Positions 19,711-29,970 of a stretch of 63,606 nucleotides of DNA are shown here, one piece after another. Both the position numbers and the translations under genes were made by a program. Where the stretch lies: positions 1-63,606 of the forward strand of contig JAGGTI010000030.1 in the NCBI GenBank assembly GCA_021163775.1, read 5' to 3'. The notes below the pieces were generated by a model. It ran no database searches and was not told the DNA's origin. It was given only the letters and a program-made list of their open reading frames with translations. Source of the DNA: Candidatus Zixiibacteriota bacterium (GTDB taxonomy: Bacteria > Zixibacteria > MSB-5A5 > GN15 > FEB-12). Position 1 is the first letter of the stretch, and the number at the start of each line of letters is the position of its first letter.

Positions 19711-20904
19711 ATGGCTGAACATCGATTGATCGAACCCGATTTAGATTTCATTCGTGAGGTCAAGCAAGCTGGCGGTGATACGCTCAAAAAGTGTTACCAA
19801 TGCGCCACCTGCTCGGTCGTCTGCAACCTGTCACCTTCTGATAAGCCGTTTCCGCGCAAGGAAATGATCATGGCTGGCTGGGGTCAGACCGACGAACTAA
19901 TCCGCGACCCAGATCTCTGGCTTTGCTACCAGTGCAACGACTGCAGTGTCAGTTGCCCACGCGAGGCCAAACCGGGCGATGTGCTGGCGGCGATCCGTGC
20001 CTGGGTTTACCGAAAATACTCGTTCCCGTCATTTATGGGCAAGGCGATGGTCACGCCTACGGCACTACCGCTATTGATTGGCATCCCGGCGCTCATTCTA
20101 CTCGCCTGCATCTTCATGTTCGCCCCAACCAACCCGGATGGCAGTTTTGTGTTCACCACCAGCGAGGTTGTTGATTTCAATCTGTTCCTGCCACATAGCG
20201 CGGTCGATGCCGTATTTGTAGTTGGCAATATCTTGATTTTCCTGTTTGCGGCGATCGGATTCAATCGGTTCTGGAAAGCACTTCAAACTCGGGATGAGAC
20301 TAAACAGGTCAGCTTAATTCCGGCGGCGATTTCCACGCTCAAGGAGATCTTGACCCATTCGCGGTTCCGCCAGTGCGACGCCAACAAAGACCGCAACATC
20401 GGACATATGTTGCTCGTGTATGGTTTCCTGGGTGCGATGATCACTACCGGCTGTGTGTTTGTGTTCGTATTCATTCCGCACTATCTGAATATGCTCGGAC
20501 TGGAATCGCTACATAGCTGGTTTACGGTTCCGATTGACTTGCCACACCCAGTAAAAATCCTCGGTGCGCTGAGTGGCGTTTCTCTGGTTATCGGTGGTGC
20601 CATACTGATAATGCGTCACCGGACCGATCCGGAAACTGTTGGAGCTAACGGTTACCCTGACAATTTCTTCATTACGATTATTTTCCTGAATGGTCTGACC
20701 GGCATGTTGTCGTGGATACTCCGCATATCGGTTCTGATCTGGCCGGCTTATGTAATGTACTACCTGCATTTGGTTTGTGTCTGGATGCTTTTGTGGTACA
20801 TGCCGTACTCGAAGTTCGCGCATATGATTTACCGCACCATGGCCCTAACCTACGCCAAAATGATAGGCCGTACACCTCGCTCGGAAATAGACCAAGCGGC
20901 ATAG
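19711..20904 (+). CDS. qmoC: Quinone-interacting membrane-bound oxidoreductase subunit C
   Basis: IEPDLDFI...KKCYQCATCSVVC...WLCYQCNDCSVSCPR Fe-S domain plus cytochrome b TM domain ending PYSKFAHMIYR. Confidence 0.96.
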   Translation: MAEHRLIEPDLDFIREVKQAGGDTLKKCYQCATCSVVCNLSPSDKPFPRKEMIMAGWGQTDELIRDPDLWLCYQCNDCSVSCPREAKPGDVLAAIRAWVYRKYSFPSFMGKAMVTPTALPLLIGIPALILLACIFMFAPTNPDGSFVFTTSEVVDFNLFLPHSAVDAVFVVGNILIFLFAAIGFNRFWKALQTRDETKQVSLIPAAISTLKEILTHSRFRQCDANKDRNIGHMLLVYGFLGAMITTGCVFVFVFIPHYLNMLGLESLHSWFTVPIDLPHPVKILGALSGVSLVIGGAILIMRHRTDPETVGANGYPDNFFITIIFLNGLTGMLSWILRISVLIWPAYVMYYLHLVCVWMLLWYMPYSKFAHMIYRTMALTYAKMIGRTPRSEIDQAA

Positions 20905-20949
20905 GAACTTAGGATTATTTCGCACTGACACCCCGGACCGACAACTTCC

Positions 20950-20985
20950 CGGCCCGTCGCGCCCCACAGCGACGGGCCGTTTTTT
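20950..20985 (+). terminator. Intrinsic terminator of qmoC
   Basis: CGGCCCGTCGC-8 nt-GCGACGGGCCG followed by T6. Confidence 0.85.
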
Positions 20986-21002
20986 GTATGGTTTGTTTGG
21001 AG

Positions 21003-21323
21003 TGTTGTCGGACGACTCTGCCCGACACCCAATTTGTGGGCGGCAGACTTTGTGGGTGTCAGACAGAGTCGCCTGACAGCACAAGAATCGTGTTTTTGAG
21101 AAATGGATAATTTACAATGTCGGAACCGCCAAGGGGTTCCGACCTACTAGTACCCCACCCAGAGCAAAGCGACGGGTGGGAAGCAACCTTGATACCGGAA
21201 GTAACGTAGGTCGAATCCAGACCGCTTCGGGCGGTTTCGACATCCAAGATTGCATGAGCGCGGCGTATGTGAACATACACCGCGCACAAATCATTGTCAG
21301 GTTGCAAGCAACCTGACCTACGG
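21003..21323. repeat. Intergenic REP-like mosaic between convergent qmoC and hemB
   Basis: TGTCGGAC..CTCTGCCCGACA, TGTCAGACAGAGTCGCCTGACA, GTCGGAACC...GGTTCCGACCTAC and GTCAGGTTGCAAGCAACCTGACCTAC; each recurs elsewhere in the window. Confidence 0.8.
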
Positions 21324-21330
21324 TCAACAC

Positions 21331-22305
21331 CTACTCCCGGAGCCAGCGGGCGGCGTCTAACGCGTGGTACGTGATAATTATATCCGCGCCAGCGCGCTTG
21401 ATCGATGTCAGCACTTCCAGCGTCAGCCGTTTTTCATCCGCCAATCCGGACGAAACCATCTGTTTGACCATCGCGTACTCACCGGAGACATTGTAAGCCG
21501 CTAACGGCTCGTCGAACTGAATCCGCGCCCGGTTGATAATGTCCAGATACGCCAGCGCCGGTTTGACCATCAGGATATCCGCCCCCTCGTCCATATCTTC
21601 TTCGATCTCACGAAGCGCCTCACGGGCATTGGGCGGATCCATCTGGTAGGTCTTCCGGTCGCCGAACTTCGGCGCCGAATTAACCGCCTCCCGAAACGGC
21701 CCATAAAACGCCGAACAGAACTTGGCGGCGTATGACATAATAGGCAATGACTCAAAACCGCCGTAGTCGAGCGCCTGGCGAATTGCTTCCACCCGACCAT
21801 CCATCATATCCGATGGTGCCACCATGTCGGTACCCGCCTCGGCATAACTGAGCGCCTGGCGTGCCAGCAGGTCGATAGTAGCATCGTTGTCAACATCGGC
21901 ATCTCTTATAATCCCGCAATGTCCGTGATCGGTGTACTCGCACAAGCAGACATCGGTAATTACCACCAGCTCCGGAACCGCATTCTTGATCTCGGCTACT
22001 GCTTTTTGGATGATCCCGTCCGGCTTGAGCGACTCTGACCCGGTGGCATCTTTTTTCGATGGCGTCCCGAACAAAAGTACAGCCGGAATACCTAACTCGT
22101 ATGCCCGTTTAGCTTCGGCCGCCACCTTGCCGAGCGGGTAATTGAAAATACCCGGCATCGACTTGATCTCTTCCGGCTCGGACACTATCTCGCTGACAAA
22201 AATCGGATAGACAAAATCGGTCGGATGTAAACGTGTTTCGGTTACGAGGGTTCGCAAACCGTTGGTCTTTCTTAAACGCCGGAAACGATTCTCAGGAAAG
22301 CTCAT
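21331..22305 (-). CDS. hemB: Porphobilinogen synthase
   Basis: DVCLCEYTDHGHCG, APSDMMDGRV, FYGPFREA, MVKPAL. Confidence 0.98.
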   Translation of the reverse strand: MSFPENRFRRLRKTNGLRTLVTETRLHPTDFVYPIFVSEIVSEPEEIKSMPGIFNYPLGKVAAEAKRAYELGIPAVLLFGTPSKKDATGSESLKPDGIIQKAVAEIKNAVPELVVITDVCLCEYTDHGHCGIIRDADVDNDATIDLLARQALSYAEAGTDMVAPSDMMDGRVEAIRQALDYGGFESLPIMSYAAKFCSAFYGPFREAVNSAPKFGDRKTYQMDPPNAREALREIEEDMDEGADILMVKPALAYLDIINRARIQFDEPLAAYNVSGEYAMVKQMVSSGLADEKRLTLEVLTSIKRAGADIIITYHALDAARWLRE

Positions 22306-23861
22306 TTCTTCCTCCCGATAGGATTTTTTTGGTGGCAGGCCACCAGCTCGTCGATCATGGCCGGTATCGAATGGGTTTGGGCCTCCAGATCGACCGACAT
22401 CCCATGGAACTTGATTGTCTTTGAGGTCGATGGCCCGATCGACACAACAAACGCATGCTCAGTGACCTGCTTGAGACTTTCGCCGGACAAATGGGCCGCA
22501 AAACCTTCGGCGGTCGAACCGGAAGTGAACAGGATCACGTCGGGCGGGTAGGCCAACAGTTTTTCTTTGGCTTCGTCGGACCAGTCGGCAAAGAACGTGT
22601 CGTAGGTCCTGAGCGGGATAACCTCCGCACCAGTGTCGGCGATAGTTTTCTCCACCAGGTCATCGCCTAGATTGCCCCGCACTCGGACGACAGTAGCATC
22701 CTTGAAATCGAGTTGGTCGGCCATCTGTTTGGCAAACTCAACGGTAGTCGCCTTGCTCGGAATGAAATCCGGTTCGATCGCGTGCACTCCCAGCGCCCTT
22801 GCCGTTCCAAATCCGACCGCCGCAACACGATAGTCAGCCATCTTGCGCACATCACCGATCTGCTCCCGCCACTGCCGCATAAAATACCGCACACCGTTTT
22901 CACTGGAGAACACGAGCCATCGGTTGGTGGCTTTCAGGTTGCGAAGTTTATCCCAAACCGCCGAGTCGTGATGTTCTGTTGTTGCAATCGTTGGAAGCAC
23001 GATAACTTCAGCGCCGAAGTCGCGCAATGATTGATAAACCCAACCGGCCTGATCGGCTGGACGGCAGACCATCACGCGTAAACCGGAAAGTGGTTTTTTC
23101 TGAAACCAGGTTAGTTTCTCGTGCATACGAGCAACCTCGCCAATCACAAATAAGGCCGGTGGTCTGATTTGGGCGGTTTTACATCGTGTCGCAAGCTGGT
23201 AAAGTTTTGTGACAAGCACCCGTTGCGATGATAATGTCCCCCGCTCAATTACCGCGGCGGGAGTATCGGAAGCCAGGCCGTTCGCTATCAGTTTCTCGAC
23301 ATTCTGTTCCAGTTCGTTCACACCCATATAGATGACCAGCGTGGTGTGTTTCGCTTGCGCCACCCATTCCCAATCAACATCGGTTTTATCTTTGTCAGCC
23401 GCTTTGTGACCGGTTAGAAAAGTCACGCTTGAAGCATGGTCTCGATCTGTGCATGGAATTCCGGCGTAGGCTGGTCCGGCAATACCGGAAGTAACACCGG
23501 GTACGATTTCAAACGGGATGCCGTTGTCATTTAGAAAAATAGCTTCTTCACCACCACGTCCAAACACGAACGGGTCACCGCCTTTGAGACGAACCACGTT
23601 TTTCCCGGCACGGGCCAGATCGACCAACATTTGATTGATCTGATCCTGGGGCAACGAGTGGAGTGAGGCTTTCTTGCCAACATAGTGACGCTCGACATTA
23701 GCGGGTAACATGACAATTAGTTCATTCGGTATGAGATTGTCATAAACAACAGCGTCACATCCACCAAGTAAACGCGCACCACGAATTGTAATCAGCTCCG
23801 GGTCGCCCGGACCAGCGCCGACCAGATAGATCATTCCGATTTTGTCACTTACTTCAGCCAT
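22302..23861 (-). CDS. cobA: Fused uroporphyrinogen-III C-methyltransferase / uroporphyrinogen-III synthase (CobA-HemD)
   Basis: LVGAGPGDPELIT and RLKGGDPFVFGRGGEE; C-terminal HemD (VFSSENGV, FTSGST, SIGPSTS). Confidence 0.95.
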   Translation of the reverse strand: MAEVSDKIGMIYLVGAGPGDPELITIRGARLLGGCDAVVYDNLIPNELIVMLPANVERHYVGKKASLHSLPQDQINQMLVDLARAGKNVVRLKGGDPFVFGRGGEEAIFLNDNGIPFEIVPGVTSGIAGPAYAGIPCTDRDHASSVTFLTGHKAADKDKTDVDWEWVAQAKHTTLVIYMGVNELEQNVEKLIANGLASDTPAAVIERGTLSSQRVLVTKLYQLATRCKTAQIRPPALFVIGEVARMHEKLTWFQKKPLSGLRVMVCRPADQAGWVYQSLRDFGAEVIVLPTIATTEHHDSAVWDKLRNLKATNRWLVFSSENGVRYFMRQWREQIGDVRKMADYRVAAVGFGTARALGVHAIEPDFIPSKATTVEFAKQMADQLDFKDATVVRVRGNLGDDLVEKTIADTGAEVIPLRTYDTFFADWSDEAKEKLLAYPPDVILFTSGSTAEGFAAHLSGESLKQVTEHAFVVSIGPSTSKTIKFHGMSVDLEAQTHSIPAMIDELVACHQKNPIGRKK

Positions 23862-23874
23862 AGAGAACTACAGT

Positions 23875-24558
23875 TTACTCGTATTCATTCGTTGGCGGGC
23901 TATCAGTTGTATTCTCTTCGCGCGGCTGGAGCATTTTCTCGAGTTCGGCTTCAACTATACTCTTGTCTTTTTCTTTCAGTAAATTTTGCCAGTCAGCCTC
24001 AAGAAACTGCGCAAAGCAAACAGTCTTCTGGTGCTTGTTGTCGGGCCAACGCTCCTGGACCATCTTGCGGAATTTGGCCGCCTGCTTCATCAGTTTATTC
24101 CAATGCGAGGGGAAAATATCTTCAAGAATCTTGCGGATATGCCCGGCCATAAACGGCACCTTGCCGTCGGTCGAGATCGCCGCCGTCAGACAATCACGCC
24201 GAATCACAGCAGGGAAAATCACATCGCACAACGCGGGAGCATCAACCGCATTAACCAGCCTTCCCGCGGCGCGGGCATCATCACTTGCCTGCCGGTTAAC
24301 ATCCATATCATCACTGGCGCAGATAATCATATGATATTCACCCGCTTCGGGTGACTGGTAGTTTCGCTGGTGAAGCGTAATTTTGTTTGATTCTCCAAAA
24401 TATGTTATTTTGTCTTGAACTTCAGGCGCCACTACCGTAACCCTGGCACCATATTCCATGATAGCTTCGATCTTTCGCAACGCCACTGCGCCGCCACCAA
24501 TCACCAACACCGGACGATCGGTCAAAGTAATACTAACTGGCATATAATCGTATGACAT
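23875..24558 (-). CDS. Precorrin-2 dehydrogenase / sirohydrochlorin ferrochelatase (Met8/SirC/CysG N-terminal type)
   Basis: VIGGGAVALRK, VNAVDAPALCDVIFPA, AISTDGKVP. Confidence 0.92.
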   Translation of the reverse strand: MSYDYMPVSITLTDRPVLVIGGGAVALRKIEAIMEYGARVTVVAPEVQDKITYFGESNKITLHQRNYQSPEAGEYHMIICASDDMDVNRQASDDARAAGRLVNAVDAPALCDVIFPAVIRRDCLTAAISTDGKVPFMAGHIRKILEDIFPSHWNKLMKQAAKFRKMVQERWPDNKHQKTVCFAQFLEADWQNLLKEKDKSIVEAELEKMLQPREENTTDSPPTNEYE

Positions 24559-24575
24559 ATTAATCCTCTCCAGAG

Positions 24576-25781
24576 TTAACCGCTTGTATTTCCGCTACCG
24601 ACTCGCGCCGCCCGTTCGGCAATGCGGCGAGCCGCCAGGCTCAATTCATTTCTAAGTTCGGGTGGACACTTGGCGAGCACGCTGTCCAATTCATCGGTGA
24701 CTATCGCGGCGATTCGCTCACCGTTTCCATTGTAAAGTGATTCTTCCTTAACGTGCCGCCACCAGTAATTAAACTCTTTCAATCTCTGTTCGATAATCTT
24801 TTCGGCCTGAGGAATCGCCTTCTGGCGTTTCTTCTGCTGACGTTCAACAAACGCCTTGATATCTTCCAGGTCGAGCACTTCAATTTCAGGTGATACCCCC
24901 TTGGGATAATCAACATCGCGTGGAATGGCCAAGTCCATGATTGTCAACCGACGACCATCGCGTTGTAACACCGCCGTATCGATCATCTCAGCATTGATTA
25001 TCGGTTCGGGCGACGAAGTGCAGGTGATCACCACATCAGTCAAGACCAATAATTCGTTCAGATGGTCAAGACTGTATGCTTCGCCCTCGAATTTGGTCGC
25101 GAAAGTTTCTGCTTTCTCGACAGTTCGGTTGGCAAAACGATAGGTTGAGTGATGAATCCGCCGACAGCGAGTAGCCGCTAAGCGGATCATCTTGTTCACA
25201 CCGATAAAAAGCAGGCTGGGCCGTTCATCAGTGCTGAATTTTTCCCGTAGCAATTCGACCGCCGCCGTGCTGACCGAGCAGGCTCCTTTACCCATCTCGG
25301 TATCGGTGCGAACCTGTTTGCCCGCCCTGAAAGCCTGGTGGAACAATCTATGGATCACCTTACCTGCCGATTTAACCGCACAGGCCGAACCATACGCCTC
25401 CTTGAGTTGCCCGAATATCTCGGTCTCTCCAAGCACCATCGAGTCAATCCCGGAGACAACCCTAAACAGATGTTGCGCGGCATGGGTGGCAGTTTTTGTT
25501 TTGAACAGGTCGCGGAAAGGCGTCAGATCAAGTTCATTGAAAGCCTGGTAGAAAGCAGTCACCGAGTCGAGCGGTTCCTGATCGCGGCCAGTGATAAAGT
25601 AAAATTCCACTCGGTTGCAGGTAGAAACAATAAGACCTTCCTGGACAGTCGAGAGCGAAGCAAACAGGCTGTTAGCGCGGGCCAGATCATCACGGTTGAT
25701 CCCCAGCGGTTCGCGCTCTTCGAGATTTGCAGTCTGGTGCGTAACACCACAGACAACCAATCTTTTACTCGAAGAATTCAT
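24576..25781 (-). CDS. hemA: Glutamyl-tRNA reductase
   Basis: STCNRVE, HLFRVVSGIDSMVLGETEI and DLAIPRDV motifs; atypical Rossmann motif (FIGVNKM). Confidence 0.93.
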   Translation of the reverse strand: MNSSSKRLVVCGVTHQTANLEEREPLGINRDDLARANSLFASLSTVQEGLIVSTCNRVEFYFITGRDQEPLDSVTAFYQAFNELDLTPFRDLFKTKTATHAAQHLFRVVSGIDSMVLGETEIFGQLKEAYGSACAVKSAGKVIHRLFHQAFRAGKQVRTDTEMGKGACSVSTAAVELLREKFSTDERPSLLFIGVNKMIRLAATRCRRIHHSTYRFANRTVEKAETFATKFEGEAYSLDHLNELLVLTDVVITCTSSPEPIINAEMIDTAVLQRDGRRLTIMDLAIPRDVDYPKGVSPEIEVLDLEDIKAFVERQQKKRQKAIPQAEKIIEQRLKEFNYWWRHVKEESLYNGNGERIAAIVTDELDSVLAKCPPELRNELSLAARRIAERAARVGSGNTSG

Positions 25782-25830
25782 AGACCATATTCCTTCATAT
25801 TCACCCTACAGCGGGCCGGAATATGCACAT

Positions 25831-27510
25831 TCAGAGTCGAGATTGCAACCCCCCAGACAGAATAGAAACGTCCTCAAACCCGACCGCTTTCAAAATCATC
25901 GCCGCCTGGTAGGATCTCGGCCCCCGCTTACAAATAACAACAGTTTTTTTCGAGATATCCAGATCGGCACTTCGTTCCCGAAGATCGTTGAGCGGAATAT
26001 TAATAACCTCCGACAGACCTTCAAAAGGTTCGCCCTTGAACTCATCCGGTTCCCGAACGTCGATAATTTGTGCGTCAGTTTCTGACAAATCGGTAGCAAG
26101 GTTCAAAAACTTAATACCCCGCTGTTGCGCCTGGGCCATAGCCGCCAGGTGATGAAGCGGATCGAGTGCCTCAGAAAACGGCGGCGCATAGCCGTGTTCA
26201 AACTCAAACAGGTCATTGACTCGCGCTTTACGGCCCAGGAACGACGCGAATACATCAATCCGCCGAAAGATATCACCAGCACCAGCCGCCTGCAGTCCGA
26301 GCAGTCGGTTGTTGCTGGCATCGTAGACCATCTTGAGCACAAAAGTCTGGTATTCGGGATAGTAATCCGGTTTGTCGGGGAAAGTCCCCCAGATAACATT
26401 AGGCTCAAGTCCGGCCTTACGTACCGCCTGTTCCGACAGACCGGTCGCGCCGACATTGATGTCGAATATCTTGACCAGGAATGTCCCCAGCACACCGGGG
26501 AATTCAGTTTCGTTTCCGGCCAGATTTTCAGCAATCACTCGTCCATGGCGATTAGCCAGCGAACCCATCGGCAAAAAAACCGGACGTTTTGTCAGTTGAT
26601 GTTGCGACTCAATACAGTCGCCACCGGCATAGATGTTTTCATCCGAAGTCTGTAGCCGAGAATTAACCGCAATGCCACCAGTTGGACCAAGCCGAAGACC
26701 ACAGGCGGCGGCGAGTGTTGTCTCTGGATACACCCCTAAACAGAGAAAAACGTAGTCGGTGGTAATTTTGTCACCACCGGCAATCGACACCACCGGATTA
26801 CCGGAGTCATTAAGTTCAATCTTTTCAATAGTCGCGCCGGTTTGAACGTCAACATTCTGTCTGGCCAGTTCGCGCTCGGCAATAGCAACCATCTCGGGAT
26901 CAAGAACATACGGAAGTATCTGATTTTCTTTTTCGATCAGGGTAACTTCAATTCCCCACAATCCGCCTGCCGCCTCGGCTACTTCACATCCAATAAACCC
27001 GCCACCGACAACCAACGCGGTTCCGATCTGGCCTTTCTCAGCCATTTTTCGAAATGCAATCGCATCATCCGGTCGAGTGAACGGTCGCACACGGGAAGTA
27101 GTGGTGGTGTCAGGAACTTCAAACGGCGGTCGGTTGGTCCCAGCACCGGTGGCGAGAACCAACTTGCCGTAGCCATGTTCGAAAGACTCGCCACTCTCAA
27201 GATCTTTCACTGTTACGGTGCGCAACTCGCGATTGATAGCAATCACTTCGTGTCCGGTCATCGCTCGGAAACCCTTGGTCTTATCGAAGTAATCCTTGTC
27301 GCGGGGCACGCCGTACGAAGTAAATGTGAGTTCTTCAAAACTACCGATATCACCCGAGGCATAGTACGGCAGACCACAATTGCCATACGAGAGTCTCGAT
27401 TCCTTCTGGAATAAAATAATACTCGCATTGGGCAATCGACGTGCCAGGGTCGCGGCTGTTTTAGGGCCGCAAGCCACACCGCCAACAATCACAAAATCAG
27501 ATATGTCCAT
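25831..27510 (-). CDS. CoA-disulfide/persulfide reductase-like flavoprotein with C-terminal rhodanese domain (Npsr/CoADR-RHD type)
   Basis: IVGGVACG, redox Cys in SYGNCGLPY, GGGFIG, YAPPFS; rhodanese IDVREPDE...CKRGPRS. Confidence 0.9.
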   Translation of the reverse strand: MDISDFVIVGGVACGPKTAATLARRLPNASIILFQKESRLSYGNCGLPYYASGDIGSFEELTFTSYGVPRDKDYFDKTKGFRAMTGHEVIAINRELRTVTVKDLESGESFEHGYGKLVLATGAGTNRPPFEVPDTTTTSRVRPFTRPDDAIAFRKMAEKGQIGTALVVGGGFIGCEVAEAAGGLWGIEVTLIEKENQILPYVLDPEMVAIAERELARQNVDVQTGATIEKIELNDSGNPVVSIAGGDKITTDYVFLCLGVYPETTLAAACGLRLGPTGGIAVNSRLQTSDENIYAGGDCIESQHQLTKRPVFLPMGSLANRHGRVIAENLAGNETEFPGVLGTFLVKIFDINVGATGLSEQAVRKAGLEPNVIWGTFPDKPDYYPEYQTFVLKMVYDASNNRLLGLQAAGAGDIFRRIDVFASFLGRKARVNDLFEFEHGYAPPFSEALDPLHHLAAMAQAQQRGIKFLNLATDLSETDAQIIDVREPDEFKGEPFEGLSEVINIPLNDLRERSADLDISKKTVVICKRGPRSYQAAMILKAVGFEDVSILSGGLQSRL

Positions 27511-27623
27511 AGGTCTCACTCATAACGACGGGGCCACATTGTCTGCGGCCCCGATCCCTGGTTCCATATTCTCATAGTCCGCATTCGGCTATTAAACGGG
27601 ACGAACACATTCTTTTCATATCA

Positions 27624-28775
27624 CTACAGTTGTTTCCGAACCGACAGCGCCACTTTGTACAAGCCAGTGACGACCAACAGTCCCATCGCATAGACGGCGG
27701 CTGATATCGCCAACTCCGGAAGGGTCGGTACATATTCGACCACATAGTGCAAAGGATTCGGTACGAAACCGGCAATGATCAGACACAAACCCTTGTCTAT
27801 CCAAAGAGAGATAAACAGCAGGATACAGGCCATAACCAGCGTCGTTTCGTTGCGACGGGTTTTCGGTACGATTAACAAGCCGAGCGCCACCAAACCAAAG
27901 ACAGTTGAAGTCCACATCCACGGTACCAGGTTGCCGTGACCATGCAGGCCAACAAACAGATACTGAAAATGCGACAGGTGCTCAGGCATATTGGCGTAGA
28001 CCGCGGTGAATACCTCCATCAACACAAAGAAGATATTGATCGCCAGGGCGTAAGTCACAATTATGGCCACTTTCTGAATCGGCTCCTTACCGACATTAAA
28101 TTTGGTAAGTTTTCGCAGAAGCAAACAAACCAGAATCAAAAGCGCTGGGCCGGCAGAAAACGCCGAAGCCAGAAACCGCGGTGCCAAAATAGCAGTCATC
28201 CAGAACGGACGAGCCGCCAGACCGGCATACAGAAACGCCGTCACGGTGTGAATCGATACCGCCCATGGAATCGACAAAATAATCACCGGCTTGATCCATT
28301 TCGGCGGCGCGATCCCTTTGCGTTCAGCCCCAAGCGTAATGTGACTGATCACGAAGTTCAACACCAGATAGCCGCTTAATGCGACCGCATCCCAGAACAT
28401 CATCGACTGCGGGCTCGGATACAGGAAGACGTTGATGATCCGAAACGGCTGGCCCATGTCGACGAAAATAAACGTCATACAGACCACCACCGAACCAATC
28501 GCCACGAACTCACCTAAGATCGTGATCTTGCCAAACTCCTTGAAATTATGCAGGTAATATGGCAACACGACCATGACCGCCGAAGCCGCCACCCCGACCA
28601 TGAACGTAAACTGGGCGATATAGAATCCCCAGCTCACATCACGACTAAGACCGGTGACAGTCAGACCCTCGTTGTATTGACGGAGATAGAAGAAGAAGCC
28701 GATCCCCATCACGGCCAATAGGGTAGCCACCCATGACCAGTAACGTTTATCACCTTTTAGAGCATGCTCTATCAT
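27624..28775 (-). CDS. dsrP: DsrP (NrfD/PsrC-family membrane subunit)
   Basis: TGLSRDVSWGFYIAQFTF, SIPWAVSIHTVTAFL, APRFLASAF. Confidence 0.97.
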   Translation of the reverse strand: MIEHALKGDKRYWSWVATLLAVMGIGFFFYLRQYNEGLTVTGLSRDVSWGFYIAQFTFMVGVAASAVMVVLPYYLHNFKEFGKITILGEFVAIGSVVVCMTFIFVDMGQPFRIINVFLYPSPQSMMFWDAVALSGYLVLNFVISHITLGAERKGIAPPKWIKPVIILSIPWAVSIHTVTAFLYAGLAARPFWMTAILAPRFLASAFSAGPALLILVCLLLRKLTKFNVGKEPIQKVAIIVTYALAINIFFVLMEVFTAVYANMPEHLSHFQYLFVGLHGHGNLVPWMWTSTVFGLVALGLLIVPKTRRNETTLVMACILLFISLWIDKGLCLIIAGFVPNPLHYVVEYVPTLPELAISAAVYAMGLLVVTGLYKVALSVRKQL

Positions 28776-28783
28776 TTTCTACC

Positions 28784-29587
28784 TCACAGCAAGTAATAGA
28801 CTTCGGGTTGGGTACCTGATCCTGGCTTACGACGCATTGAGAAGCGTTCAGCCAGGAGCTTGCGTACTTCGGATTCAGGATCTTCCAGATCACCGAAAAC
28901 CAACGCCCCTGCTTCGCACGCCTCGACACAGGCCGGAAGTTGGCCACGTGCCAGACGCTCATCGCAAAAAGTACACTTTTCCACTACGCCACGACTGCGA
29001 GTGGGGAAATCGGGCTGGATATCCTCGATGAACGGTCGCGGGTCGCGCCAGTTGAAACTACGCGAACCGTAAGGACAGGCCGCCATACAGTAACGACAGC
29101 CGATACAGCGATGCCAGTCTATCATGACCAGGCCGTCTTCTTCCCGTTTGAACGTAGCGCCAGTCGGACAGACTTTAACACAAGCCGGATCATCACAATG
29201 GTTACACAACACCGGCATATGGGCATGCTTGACAGCATCGTTGAGATACTCGTGATCCTGATCGCCCAGTGCATGCTCAAACGACTCTTTCCAAATCCAC
29301 TTCACTTCGTCCTTCGGGTTATCGAAATCAGGCACGTTATGCGTCAGATGACAGGCATCGAAACACTTGGTACACTCACCGGCCTCCTGACACTTGCGAA
29401 CGTCAATGACCATCGCCCACCGTTTGGCTGTCAGTGCCCCGGATCTTTCAATCGGCTTGACAACAGCCTCGGCGGCGGTATCTGCGAACGCATTGTCCTG
29501 ACCAAGAACTTTCGCCGGAGCACCTCCGGCCAGTCCGAGCGCCGTCAGTCCGGCCATCTTGAGGAATTTACGTCTTTCAACACTCAT
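28784..29587 (-). CDS. dsrO: DsrO periplasmic Fe-S subunit (Tat signal)
   Basis: MSVERRKFLK Tat motif; CNHCDDPACVKVCP, CIGCRYCMAACPY, EKCTFC. Confidence 0.96.
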   Translation of the reverse strand: MSVERRKFLKMAGLTALGLAGGAPAKVLGQDNAFADTAAEAVVKPIERSGALTAKRWAMVIDVRKCQEAGECTKCFDACHLTHNVPDFDNPKDEVKWIWKESFEHALGDQDHEYLNDAVKHAHMPVLCNHCDDPACVKVCPTGATFKREEDGLVMIDWHRCIGCRYCMAACPYGSRSFNWRDPRPFIEDIQPDFPTRSRGVVEKCTFCDERLARGQLPACVEACEAGALVFGDLEDPESEVRKLLAERFSMRRKPGSGTQPEVYYLL

Positions 29588-29970
29588 GGCTGAACCTCCT
29601 TCGGCACTATATGACATTCCCAGCAATACGGCTCGACACCTAAATAGTCGTGACACCGATCACAAAACTTGTCTTTGTTCTCGTGACAACTTAAACAGGT
29701 AAACGACAGGCTCCGTTCGTACTGCACACCATCGGACCCGATCTCAAACCGTTCATCATTGCGTACCACCTGATCCCGCCACTCGTTGAGAAGATCCATG
29801 TGGTTGGCCTTCATCCAAGCGCTGTCACGTACACAGTCATCACCGCGCACCGCTTTCTCCAGTTCGATTTGATAGTCAGAACCGTCCATCGCCATATTGT
29901 ACCAGAGCGGTGAGGATATCAAAACCAGGAAAACAAGTATACCGATAAGCACTTTACCACCGTTATACAT
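29584..29970 (-). CDS. dsrJ: DsrJ triheme cytochrome c
   Basis: MYNGGKV...HMDLLNEWRD...CLSCH, CDRCH, CWECH. Confidence 0.96.
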   Translation of the reverse strand: MYNGGKVLIGILVFLVLISSPLWYNMAMDGSDYQIELEKAVRGDDCVRDSAWMKANHMDLLNEWRDQVVRNDERFEIGSDGVQYERSLSFTCLSCHENKDKFCDRCHDYLGVEPYCWECHIVPKEVQP

